Shown: positions 1-9,294, numbered from the stretch's first letter. The stretch: DNA of 55,307 nucleotides from an uncultured virus (IMG/VR IMGVR_UViG_3300029305_007860) (IMGVR_UViG_3300029305_007860); one strand, 5' to 3'. The notes: generated by a model not told the origin, from the letters alone. Numbers and translations: made by a program.

Positions 1-43
1 TTAATTTCACACAAAATAAAATAGTGATATTTTTCTAAATAGA

Positions 44-72
44 TTGAATAGTACCCAATAAAAATATATAAT
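44..72 (+). promoter_or_regulatory. sigmaA-type promoter of the candidate toxin mRNA
   Basis: TTGAAT (44-49), 17 bp, TATAAT (67-72). Confidence 0.6.
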
Positions 73-190
73 TAAATTAAGGGTGTTACCTAAAACGGTA
101 GGCGGTCAGCCTTTCAACCTGTATATACATACAGAGCTTCCATTACAAAAGGGGGTTTTAATATGGATAGTACAAAAGAAAGGATTTTGG

Positions 191-289
191 ATGATTCTTG
201 AAATTATCGGAATCGTCGTAACTATTATATCTATAATAGTTACTGTTGTTTCGATTCTCGATACACGTAAAGATAAAAACAAAAAATAG
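191..289 (+). CDS. Small hydrophobic peptide (32 aa), candidate type I toxin
   Basis: RBS GAAAGGA then ATG 191; MILEIIGIVVTIISIIVTVVSILDTRKDKNKK has one TM helix and a basic tail; convergent antisense unit. Confidence 0.65.
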   Translation: MILEIIGIVVTIISIIVTVVSILDTRKDKNKK

Positions 290-369
290 CAACCGCCTCT
301 GCCATAGGTTTAGGTTGCTATTTTTTTTGCAACTTATAAACAAGGCTGACCGTCTATCGGTAACACCTT
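280..369 (-). ncRNA. Candidate antitoxin antisense RNA (~90 nt)
   Basis: Minus-strand TTGACA (404-399), 17 bp, TATTCT (381-376); ends in hairpin AAAAATAGCAACC...GGTTGCTATTTTT (281-328). Confidence 0.6.
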
Positions 370-422
370 GTCTATAGAATACATCAATAAAAAGAATATG
401 TCAATAATCCTTTTTTAATTAG

Positions 423-512
423 ACCGGCATATTTACGATGTTATAGTAACGCACGAATTAGGTCATTTAACACGAATACAAGCATTCGTCCAAAGAATTA
501 AGGATATTTAAA
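423..512 (+). pseudogene. Possible fragment of an HExxH metallopeptidase-like gene
   Basis: Frame reads DRHIYDVIVTHELGHLTR; no start codon, early stop. Confidence 0.3.
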
Positions 513-957
513 GAGTATTATAATTAATATAGATTTACACACTTAGGAGGATACAATGGGAGTAGGTTGGCGTTGGTGATTTTGTTTTTTTGAAAGACAG
601 GAGTTGATATTATGGGTGACCTACGAATTTAACTTTATTTTTTACTTATTCACCAATTAGAAAAACATATTTTTTCTGTCAAGGATAACCACTTCAATAC
701 GAAGTGGTTATTTTTGTGTTACTATTTTATTATTCTCTTTTCTTTATCTCGTCTTGTCAATAAATCAGTATTACATTCAAATCCTTTAATAAAATCAACA
801 ATATTCTTGAATACCTAAACATAACATATTTAATTATTTTTCTATTTTTATTGATTAATTGTTTGTAATATGTTATAATAAATACAAATAAAAGTAGTAG
901 TAATATTTTAAACAAAGGAGTACAATGATTATGATGTTTTTAGATAATAGTTAGGAG

Positions 958-1731
958 ATGATTTTTATGAAGAAAATGAACAACAACGAAACAAAGGAAA
1001 AAGTCACAAGAATGGTGGTACTTATTGCTTCCCTTATCTGCTTAGTGGCAGTTCTCTTAATGGGTTGCCAAAACAAGAACAAGGATACTGAAAACGGCTC
1101 TCAGGAAGCTTCAATCGAAACTTCAACCTCTGCTGATAAGACAGAAAATGTCGGTTCTACTGAAGAGAATGTTTCAACAACAACTTCTGTAGCAGATAAC
1201 ACAACAGAAGAGAAGACTACCGAGAAACCTACTGGTACTACAGAAAAGCCAAACGCTTCAACAACAGAAGCTACAACCGAAGAGAAGAAGCCTAATAGTT
1301 CAAACACAACCACAGAAGCTTCTAAACCACCAAAAGCTACAGAAGAGACTACAACAGCACCAAGCACTACTGAAGCTTATGTTCCTACAACCGCTGAAGC
1401 GACTACTGAAGCGACTACTGAAGCAACCACCGAAGCAACTACTGAAGCAACCACCGAAGCAACTACTGAACACACTCACGAATGGGTTGATGTATACGAA
1501 GAAAAAACAGAATTTGATTACAGTGCAAATGTTTGTAATAATTGTGGATTTGTAGACTATCCTGTAGGATGGTCTGGAGTAGACATTATAGACCATTGTC
1601 TTATGTGTAAAGGTAAAAACGATAAGGGAGTATGGATAGGAACTTCTTACCACCTTCAAGATTTCTACAAAACAGTTTCGGTATTATCATACAAGTATTG
1701 CACAGGTTGTGATGAAATCATTTATTACTAA
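958..1731 (+). CDS. Lipoprotein with Thr/Glu-rich linker and C-terminal Cys/His domain (paralog 1)
   Basis: Lipobox LLMGC; TTEA repeats; CNNCG, HCLMC, CTGC; true start may be 967 or 976. Confidence 0.8.
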   Translation: MIFMKKMNNNETKEKVTRMVVLIASLICLVAVLLMGCQNKNKDTENGSQEASIETSTSADKTENVGSTEENVSTTTSVADNTTEEKTTEKPTGTTEKPNASTTEATTEEKKPNSSNTTTEASKPPKATEETTTAPSTTEAYVPTTAEATTEATTEATTEATTEATTEATTEHTHEWVDVYEEKTEFDYSANVCNNCGFVDYPVGWSGVDIIDHCLMCKGKNDKGVWIGTSYHLQDFYKTVSVLSYKYCTGCDEIIYY

Positions 1732-1757
1732 GAGAGAGGAAAACCTCTCTCTTTTTT
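1731..1757 (+). terminator. Intrinsic terminator
   Basis: AAGAGAGAGG-AAAA-CCTCTCTCTT followed by T run. Confidence 0.8.
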
Positions 1758-1849
1758 ATGTTATAATATCATACATTATACTATTGATTAAATGATTATA
1801 ATAAGATATAATAACCACATAATCATTTGCATAGGAGATTATACATAAA

Positions 1850-2611
1850 ATGAACAGAGAAAAAATTACAAGAATGGTGGTACTTATCGCTTCCCTTATC
1901 TGTTTAGTGGCAGTCATCTGTATGGGTTGTCAGAATAAGAACAATAAGAACAAGGATACTGAAAACAGTTCTCAGGAAGCTTTAATCGAAACTTCAACCT
2001 CTGCTGATAAGACAGAAAATGTTGGTTCTACTGAAGAAGTTGCAGAAAATAAGACAACTTCTACAGAAGATAATTTAACAACAGAAGAGAAGCCTACTGG
2101 TACTACCGAAAAGCCAAATTCTTCAACAACAGAAGCTACAACAGAAGAGAAGAAACCTAACGCTTCAAACACAACCACCGAAGCACCAAAGACAACTCAT
2201 ACAACTACAACCGAGAGTTATACACCAAGCACTACAGAAGCTTATGTTCCAACAACTACTGAAGCAACTACTCAGCACTCTCATACATGGGAAACAGTTA
2301 CAATCAATCATCCTGCCGAGACACATGAGGAAACTCAGACCGTATGCGTTCAGGAAGCTTATACAGAGTACTCAGTTGATTATTATGCTAATGTTTGTAA
2401 CGGATGTGGATTTGTAGATTATCCTAAAGGATGGGCTGGATATGATATTATAACACATTGTATTATGTGCGACTCTTCATACCACAATCAAACTTTCTAC
2501 AAAGAAATCTACCACGAAGCAGTATACGAAGAGCAGACAATCACAGTAGTAGATAAAGAAGCATGGACTGAAACCTATCAGAAATGTACAACTTGCGGTG
2601 CTACACAATAA
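1850..2611 (+). CDS. Lipoprotein with Thr/Glu-rich linker and C-terminal Cys/His domain (paralog 2)
   Basis: Lipobox ICMGC; N-terminus nearly identical to 958..1731; CNGCG, HCIMC, CTTC. Confidence 0.8.
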   Translation: MNREKITRMVVLIASLICLVAVICMGCQNKNNKNKDTENSSQEALIETSTSADKTENVGSTEEVAENKTTSTEDNLTTEEKPTGTTEKPNSSTTEATTEEKKPNASNTTTEAPKTTHTTTTESYTPSTTEAYVPTTTEATTQHSHTWETVTINHPAETHEETQTVCVQEAYTEYSVDYYANVCNGCGFVDYPKGWAGYDIITHCIMCDSSYHNQTFYKEIYHEAVYEEQTITVVDKEAWTETYQKCTTCGATQ

Positions 2612-2619
2612 TAAAACCT

Positions 2620-2652
2620 AAAGGAATAGATGTAAAAATCTATTCCTTTTTT
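2620..2652 (+). terminator. Intrinsic terminator
   Basis: AAAGGAATAGAT...ATCTATTCCTTT followed by T run. Confidence 0.8.
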
Positions 2653-2713
2653 ATGTTTCACAAACAAAAACAAATCTGTTGACATATATATATACGATAT
2701 ATATAATATACAC

Positions 2714-2840
2714 AACTAATATCCAAGAGGTATTAGCGTCATAAAAGAGTATAGTAATACTCAAATACTCTTCTTTCTGATAAAATTCTGTAATATTTAT
2801 AGTTTTTTACTATAAAAAATTGCAGAATTTTATTTTTTTA
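2714..2840 (+). ncRNA. Candidate small RNA (~125 nt)
   Basis: TTGACA (2679-84), 17 bp, TATAAT (2702-07); no ORF; internal hairpin; long terminator hairpin 2780-2840. Confidence 0.5.
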
Positions 2841-2960
2841 TTTTCTAATTATTTTTTTATCCAAAAAAAACTTCAAAAAAACCGTACAACCCCCCTCTGC
2901 AAAGTATACACAAAGAGTTCCAAATTCAAGAAAATCAATCCTAACTAACCCCATTCTAAC

Positions 2961-3343
2961 CCTTGATATATCTAGGTTTATAGACATTTCGATATTAAGA
3001 AAAAATCGGGTAACTTGTCGGGTAACTTGTCGGGTAAATTAAAAAACACTGCCATTTTGAGATAATTTAATTATAATTTAAGTAAATTTTATATAGTGTA
3101 AAATCTTTGAAAGTATTGATTTATAAGGATTAAAGAGTGTTTAAAGTTGGGAAGAGTGTCGGGCAGAGTGTCGGGAACATTAGGAATTTTCGATTTTTTT
3201 CGAAAAACACTGCCATTTTGATGTTTTTAACGATAATTTTATGCAAATCAGAGCAAGGATTTATTTTGACAATTCCTTGATTTATAAGGGTTTTTAGCAT
3301 TATAGAGAACCGATTTTATTCGGGAAGAATATCGGGAAGAGTG
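2961..3343. repeat. Three composite repeat units with 12-bp-period TCGGG repeats
   Basis: T(C/T)GGG at 3006/3018/3030, 3147/3159/3171, 3320/3332; each set preceded by a TTGAT(T/A)TAT..AGG motif; AAAAACACTGCCATTTTGA at ~3042 and 3203. Confidence 0.8.
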
Positions 3344-3368
3344 GTGTTTTTTGAATTATTCAAATAAT

Positions 3369-3648
3369 TATACTAAGTGTTAGTATGTTTTATACTAATT
3401 ATTAGTATATTTTATACTAAGTTTATACTAAGAGTTAGTATAACTGTGTGTTTCTTGATTTTATTTATACTAAAAGTTAGTATAAAGTATACTAAATATA
3501 TACTAAAAGTTAGTATAATTTAATTCTAATTTCAAAATTTATGTTATAAAGACTATACTAGATGTTAGTATAGTATATACTAGAACTTAGTACACTTATA
3601 CTAATATTAAGTATATTCTATACTAAAACTATACTAACTATTAGTATA
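3369..3648. repeat. Array of TATACTAA-N3-TTAGTATA palindromes
   Basis: Full sites at 3369, 3391, 3424, 3466, 3499, 3554, 3576, 3597, 3630; half sites at 3413, 3488, 3619; isolated copy 4046-4064. Confidence 0.9.
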
Positions 3649-3796
3649 TATATGTTAAAAGATACCCTGCACCCCGATATTTTTAAACAACCAAAGCCTA
3701 TTACATATCCTTTGGTTGTTCAAAAATATCGGAATTCTAACCAGAAAGCCATTATTTTCAGTATCTTTATTCTATTTAGAGAAATAAAGGGAAGAA

Positions 3797-3958
3797 AGCT
3801 GATAATAATAAGATAAAAGAATAGTATTATATAATATGTGGTTATAATTAGATATTTAATATTTCCAGCATATTTATTTATAGAAACAAGGGAGGAAAGC
3901 TGATAATAACAAAACAAAAGAATAGTATTATGTGATACATGGTTATAATCAGATATTT
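3797..3958. repeat. Imperfect ~60-bp direct repeat, 100-bp period
   Basis: AAGCTGATAATAA...AAAAGAATAGTATTAT...TGGTTATAAT.AGATATTT at 3797 and 3897. Confidence 0.75.
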
Positions 3959-4843
3959 TAGTTTTTTATATTAAGGGGTATTATGGGAGAGACAGATATA
4001 ATATGATGTATCCATATATGGTTATATATCGAATTAAACAAGGAGTATACTAAGTTTTAGTATACTCTCTATTAATTCTTATATATATACCTTAGAGAAA
4101 TATTCCTGAAGCATAGCTTTAGGAATATAATTTCTCCGGTTATTTTATATAATGTTGTATATTGGTAATACTGATGCGTGGTTTATTATATATATGTAAT
4201 ATACATATTTATTGTAACCGTTTATAATTCTTTCTTTTTAAATATTATTCTATATATACTTATTTAACATCTCTTTATATATACTCTCGTATATATTTAT
4301 ACCAGTCTTCTTAATTGATATATATAAACTTTATTTATATCTTCTATATCTACTTATTTATATACTTATACTTATCTATTTTTTATTAATATGTATTCTT
4401 ATATACTCATTTATCTGTTTACTTACATGTTTATTAGCATATTTGTTTATATTCTCACTTATATAATTGTTTATGTACTTATCTGTTTTTTTATTTGCTT
4501 TTTGCTTATTAGTATATATGTATATATATATACTTGTATTCTTACTTTCATGTTTATTGGCATGATTACTTATCTATCTGCTTATCTCTATTTTATTATG
4601 TATTTATATATGTACTTTATATATATACTTTATATATATACTTTATATATACTTTTTGTTGTCAATATATGAGCATTTCCTCATCAGGACTTTTATAAAC
4701 GCTTACGCTACGCTTGGCATAAACTTATATGCTCTTAAATATATACTTACGCAAATATTCCGTATGTATATCTGGCACTTATATCTGGTAATCATGTCAG
4801 ATACTTATGTCTTTTGTATCACACTTATTTATTTTGTTCTTAT

Positions 4844-4893
4844 AAGCAATTAAGGGCGATAAAACCCACGACTAAAGTCGTAGGGAGTGTCAA
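4844..4893 (+). mobile_element. 50-bp miniature IS200/IS605 derivative (fused left and right end)
   Basis: TTAT then AAGCAATTAAGGGCGATAAAACCCACGACTAAAGTCGTAGGGAGTGTCAA; 5' part matches left end and 3' part right end of the element at 24930-26266. Confidence 0.8.
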
Positions 4894-4950
4894 CTACTTT
4901 ATTTAATATACGTAATTTTGAGTTTTCATTTTTTTGTCAATCTTAGAATT

Positions 4951-5001
4951 TTAAACACACCATACGACTAAAGTTGTTATTTTTTCTGTCCTAGACTGGT
5001 T
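4951..5001 (-). mobile_element. Degenerate miniature IS200/IS605 derivative
   Basis: Minus strand TTAT then AACCAGTCTAGGACAGAAAAAATAACAACTTTAGTCGTATGGTGTGTTTAA. Confidence 0.6.
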
Positions 5002-5050
5002 ATAATTGATTGATTATAATTGGCTGGTTATGATTGGTTGGTTATGATAA
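4997..5050. repeat. 14-bp tandem repeat (~4 units)
   Basis: TGGTTATAATTGAT / TGATTATAATTGGC / TGGTTATGATTGGT / TGGTTATGATAA. Confidence 0.7.
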
Positions 5051-5160
5051 ATAATCCCAACCCCTAATTTTTAGATTAGAGGAATTTCATTAATCTTTAT
5101 TCTGTCAAAGGATATAATTTTTTAATCATCTATGCTTTTTCTTAGCTGTATATTAATTAT

Positions 5161-5210
5161 AAGCATTTAAGAACAGGAAACCCACAACTTTAGCCGTGTG
5201 GAATATCTAA
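5161..5210 (+). mobile_element. Degenerate miniature IS200/IS605 derivative
   Basis: TTAT then AAGCATTTAAGAACAGGAAACCCACAACTTTAGCCGTGTGGAATATCTAA. Confidence 0.65.
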
Positions 5211-5500
5211 CTCTACACTTTTGTCTTACTCTAAATAAAACTCAGATAGTTCTCGGAGCTGTTTTTATCATTTTTAATCACTAATCAATTTTAATCATGG
5301 AGAATATATATAGAGAGATAGGGTAGCAAGATATACAGCAATATATACATATATATAAGATTTATTCTTTTTGACCTCTTTATACTTTGGTATCTTTATA
5401 ATCAATTAGGTGTGAATTTTTCTACTTATGTTGTGTTGCTTGTCAAACGATAACTTGCTTTAAATTTTCTTGAAATATTTATAGTTTATTTCTATTTTAC

Positions 5501-5529
5501 TTGATTTAATGTTCATTGAACATTATAAT
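5501..5529 (+). promoter_or_regulatory. sigmaA promoter with palindromic operator in spacer (copy 1 of 4)
   Basis: TTGATT-17-TATAAT with TGTTCA-T-TGAACA between the hexamers. Confidence 0.8.
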
Positions 5530-5598
5530 ATAATTATAAGATATTTACGGGTTGTTATTAATTCTTTTTGAAAATGACGATTTTAAGGAGGAATCGGT

Positions 5599-5886
5599 AT
5601 GAGTAAAATTACAAGAGAAAATGTAAAGAACAGCAATAAGTTTACAGAAACAGAAAAGATTGTACTTGACCATATGCTTGAATGGGAAGAATGGAATAAA
5701 TCGCAGGGTCGTGAAAATGAAGATGTTTTTATTATTTCCAACGAAAGTGGTTTAATTGAAATCAAAGCAAGCATTCTGTTTGAAGCAATCTATCATTTAG
5801 TAGATTTAGGAATACTGAAAAAGAGGAATTGTGATGCAATTGCTTATGAATGGGATAATAGAATGGCTTTAGAGAATTATTTATAA
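5599..5886 (+). CDS. Hypothetical protein
   Basis: RBS AAGGAGG, promoter upstream. Confidence 0.7.
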   Translation: MSKITRENVKNSNKFTETEKIVLDHMLEWEEWNKSQGRENEDVFIISNESGLIEIKASILFEAIYHLVDLGILKKRNCDAIAYEWDNRMALENYL

Positions 5887-6277
5887 AGCCATGAAAGAGT
5901 GATTCAAAGGAGGAATCAGTATGAAAACAAGTAAAGTTGAAGCAATAATTATTGAAGGTGCTATGGATAATGGTGATTTAGAAGTTTTGGAAATTTGTAG
6001 TCATTGAATAATTCATAATACAACAATTAGAATATCTGGCATAAAGTATATAGTAAAATATTCATTATCCATTGATAATTTATTTTTTATATTATATACT
6101 ATAATTGTAACAATTTACTTTAAAATGCCTGTAAAAACAGGATATTTAAAAAGAAAATTAATATAGGGCTTTTGCCTTTTTAGTTCTATCAAAGGCAAGA
6201 GCGAGAGAGTTTTCCTCTGTATGTCTTATGGTGGAACTAAAATAGTAAAACACCAAGAGACAAGGAGGAAGAAAACA

Positions 6278-7075
6278 ATGGATACTGTTGAAATAACATT
6301 AGAAAACTCTGGAAAGGTAGTAGACCAGTTAAGACCTATTGATGATACTTTTATGCAAAAACTGGGCGAAGATAGGGAGTTTTGCGAGGAAATGCTACGA
6401 GTTATTTTGAATAACTCCAACCTGAGAGTAATCAGTAATACCACTCAAAAATCCATACATAATATTGACACTCGTTCTGTAACGGTGGATATAAAATGCA
6501 AGGACGAAGATGGGACTGTGTTTAGTGTTGAAGTACAAAAAGCTAATGGTGATGACCATCAAAAAAGAGTTCGTTATAATGGTTCTTGTGTACAGATACA
6601 ATTATTAGGCAAAAGAGCAGATTTTAAAAAATTACCAGATGTTTGTATGATATATATTACCGAATCTGATTTTCTACAAAGAGGTAGGGTAATATATCAT
6701 ATTGACAGAACAATTAGGGAAACAAACGAAATTATTTCAAACGGATATTCTGAAATATATGTAAATGCTCAAATTGACGATGGTAGCGAGTTGGCAGAAT
6801 ATATGAACATATTGAAAAGTTCGTCAGTATGTAAAAGTAGTAAGTTTCCTGTAATATGTGATTTAACAGATTATTACAAAAATGGGGAAGGACGTGAGAT
6901 TATGTGTCAAGCAGTTATGGATTACGCAAAAAAGTTTTCTGACAAAGAGAGAAAAGAACAAGCTATCGAAACAGCAGTAGCCTTAATTTATGACGATATT
7001 GCAGATGATGTTATAGTTAGAGCTTCCAAATTAACACCAGAAGAAATCTCAGAACTTAGAACCAAGCTACTGTAA
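6278..7075 (+). CDS. Rpn family PD-(D/E)XK nuclease (PDDEXK_2-like)
   Basis: RBS AGGAGG before ATG 6278; DDTFMQK, VDIKC, SVEVQK, KRVRYN, IYITESD motifs. Confidence 0.85.
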   Translation: MDTVEITLENSGKVVDQLRPIDDTFMQKLGEDREFCEEMLRVILNNSNLRVISNTTQKSIHNIDTRSVTVDIKCKDEDGTVFSVEVQKANGDDHQKRVRYNGSCVQIQLLGKRADFKKLPDVCMIYITESDFLQRGRVIYHIDRTIRETNEIISNGYSEIYVNAQIDDGSELAEYMNILKSSSVCKSSKFPVICDLTDYYKNGEGREIMCQAVMDYAKKFSDKERKEQAIETAVALIYDDIADDVIVRASKLTPEEISELRTKLL

Positions 7076-7258
7076 TTTATTTTATCCATTAATAAAAAAT
7101 GATAACCAGAGATACTATTATTTCTGGTTATTTTTTTGCTCTAACCAATTCTAATAAACATATTTGTAGTTACTTTTTACATTGCCTGTATTTCTATTAT
7201 TTTTAATTATTTAATAATATTAATTTTCTTTATCTTCCTTATTTTCTATACCTATTTA

Positions 7259-7308
7259 TCGTTTTACTACTATGTAATTTTTATTAACCATCGGGAAAGG
7301 TAACCCGA
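7259..7308 (+). promoter_or_regulatory. CGTTTTACTA element plus leader hairpin
   Basis: TCGTTTTACTACTATGTA (7259-76); AACCA; TCGGG-AAAGGTAA-CCCGA. Confidence 0.8.
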
Positions 7309-7327
7309 CATTTTTTAAAAGGAGGAT

Positions 7328-7714
7328 ATGCTTATGCTTATTTCTAATCAGCCTCAGTTAAATAATATTGAGGTTATGCAACCTGCTCACATATCTACAT
7401 TTTCTGATTTTTTTAACTTACTTTCTTCAAAAACAGCAGAAGACATCATAAGTGAGTTAAATATTAATGAACACATCTGGGATGTAGAATGTATCGGCGA
7501 TATTGTTTACGAAGACGAAGACCTTTATGAGTTTCTGGACTCTCTCGGAGCTGAAATCGTGGATTATTTGGGAACTCATGTTGTTATTAGTTCTGATAAT
7601 GGATTTATTTATAAAATCCCTTGTGAAGACAGAACTAACAGACATGGAGATGACCTTCCTGATGAAACGGTCCTTTTCTTCGACTTTAATAACATTATCA
7701 GTTCAGTCGCTTAA
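7328..7714 (+). CDS. Hypothetical acidic protein
   Basis: ORF after GGAGG RBS (start may be 7334). Confidence 0.7.
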   Translation: MLMLISNQPQLNNIEVMQPAHISTFSDFFNLLSSKTAEDIISELNINEHIWDVECIGDIVYEDEDLYEFLDSLGAEIVDYLGTHVVISSDNGFIYKIPCEDRTNRHGDDLPDETVLFFDFNNIISSVA

Positions 7715-7747
7715 CTAATATTATTTTACAATTAAGGAGGATTTACT

Positions 7748-8638
7748 ATGGCTAAAATAGTTTATGTTGATTGGAGAGACAGACAATTCGAACCTGAAAT
7801 CATTGGTGTTTACGAAGATGAGAGTATGGGAATTAAAGCAAGAGAAAATAAAGAATATGAACTTACTCAGGAAGGTTATGTTGCCGGAGACGACTTCCAT
7901 GTTTGGGTTAAAGATGTAGAAATATTTAAAAACCCTAAAGAAAAAGAAACTATTAACTCTTTTTTAAGAAATATAATGGAATTTAAAGACAGAGCGACCG
8001 GCAGAAAATTTCTATATTTTTTAGATAAAGACACTAATATTTATTATGTTTTTGAAAATAATAACTTATTCTTCAAGGGCGAAACCGAAAACATTTTTAA
8101 CAAAATCGAAGAATTACGAGGTCCTTTAGAATACATAGCTTTTCCAGACACTCAAGCAAATCTGTATAACCCTTGTCCTGTTGATATGAATGGGCATTAT
8201 CGGATTTCCAACTCTTCACAAATAAATGGTATCTATTATAGAACCGATTTATTTATTGATAACTCAAGAGTTTGGACAAGAAAAAAATCTAGTGATGCAT
8301 TTTATTCAAAAGATGTTTTACAGCTTGACATTTCAGAATATATAGAAAGAATTATTAATGCATGTAAGTCTGCCGAACCTTTAAAGCGTATGTGTTTTGA
8401 TAACTTCGGTCCTTATATCCTTTATATTCATAAGAGGATTTCTTTGTATCCTTTCATTAACGGCGAAGATTACAATTTTGTTGATGTTTTTATTTACAAA
8501 AAAAATGCTGTCAAACGTGAAGGTAAATTTAAGGATGTTTGCGTTGATTTTGTCAAAGATGTTCCTATTTCTAATCTTAAAGAAATCTTAAATGATATTA
8601 TTCTTCTCCAAAAAGATATTGATATTACTTCTGACTAA
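7748..8638 (+). CDS. Hypothetical protein
   Basis: RBS AAGGAGG; 296 aa. Confidence 0.75.
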   Translation: MAKIVYVDWRDRQFEPEIIGVYEDESMGIKARENKEYELTQEGYVAGDDFHVWVKDVEIFKNPKEKETINSFLRNIMEFKDRATGRKFLYFLDKDTNIYYVFENNNLFFKGETENIFNKIEELRGPLEYIAFPDTQANLYNPCPVDMNGHYRISNSSQINGIYYRTDLFIDNSRVWTRKKSSDAFYSKDVLQLDISEYIERIINACKSAEPLKRMCFDNFGPYILYIHKRISLYPFINGEDYNFVDVFIYKKNAVKREGKFKDVCVDFVKDVPISNLKEILNDIILLQKDIDITSD

Positions 8639-8726
8639 TATTATTTATATTTTTTCTCTTAATATTAAAGCCAAGATTTATCATTCTTGGCTTTTAATAT
8701 TTTTAATTATATAATTTCTATTTTAC

Positions 8727-8755
8727 TTGATTTAATGTTCATTGAACACTATAAT
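8727..8755 (+). promoter_or_regulatory. sigmaA promoter with palindromic operator (copy 2 of 4)
   Basis: TTGATT-17-TATAAT with TGTTCATTGAACA; ~100 bp through the RBS nearly identical to 5490-5590. Confidence 0.8.
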
Positions 8756-8826
8756 ATAATTATAAGATATTTACAGCTTGTTATTAATTCTTTTTGAAAA
8801 CAACGATTTTAAGGAGGAAACATCAA

Positions 8827-9294
8827 ATGATTATAATAAGCAAAAAGGAATGGAATGATATCTATAAGGATTACAAAGGAATATGGCAAGATTATCACAA
8901 CAATCATCCTGAATGGATTGGAAAGAAAACGGTTATGAGTACATGTATTACACATAATCCTAATGAATTGTGTAAACTTTTGATTGAAGATGTAGATTTT
9001 GTTATTGAAGAATATTCCGAGAAAACAGACAAAGAATTAGAAAAACTTTGGGAAGAATTTGAGGATGTTACTTGCATAGAAGCAAAAGATTTCTATAAGG
9101 ATGATGAAGATTATAAGGATGATATTTCACTAGTTATCATGTCTGGGTGGCAAGATTTTGAAGCAGGAACAGCTATAGAAACAATTTGGCACTGGTTTAA
9201 CCAATATCACAGCAAGGGAGTTAGTTGGCTTATAAATGGGTGCGAATCTGCTGTACCCGATACAAAAGTAGAAGAATTTTTAAAAAACATCTAA
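8827..9294 (+). CDS. Hypothetical protein
   Basis: RBS AAGGAGG before ATG 8827 (ORF track start 8794). Confidence 0.7.
   Translation: MIIISKKEWNDIYKDYKGIWQDYHNNHPEWIGKKTVMSTCITHNPNELCKLLIEDVDFVIEEYSEKTDKELEKLWEEFEDVTCIEAKDFYKDDEDYKDDISLVIMSGWQDFEAGTAIETIWHWFNQYHSKGVSWLINGCESAVPDTKVEEFLKNI

Noticed and set aside
83..190. 68-aa version of the first ORF
   Set aside because: GTG 83 lies at the predicted transcript 5' end without an RBS; ATG 191 has one
3369..3648. CRISPR array
   Set aside because: Repeats are nearly adjacent with no unique 30-40 bp spacers, and there are no cas genes
3660..3680. oriT nic site (TACCCTGC resembles the MOBP core ATCCTG)
   Set aside because: Imperfect short match and no relaxase in the window to support it
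4180..4853. ORFs 4391..4672 and 4656..4853
   Set aside because: T-rich low-complexity DNA, no RBS, Tyr/Ile/Leu-biased translations; likely spurious
5507..5525. LexA/DinR SOS box for the TGTTCATTGAACA operator
   Set aside because: Half-site order and spacing (GTTC-N3-GAAC) differ from GAAC-N4-GTTC
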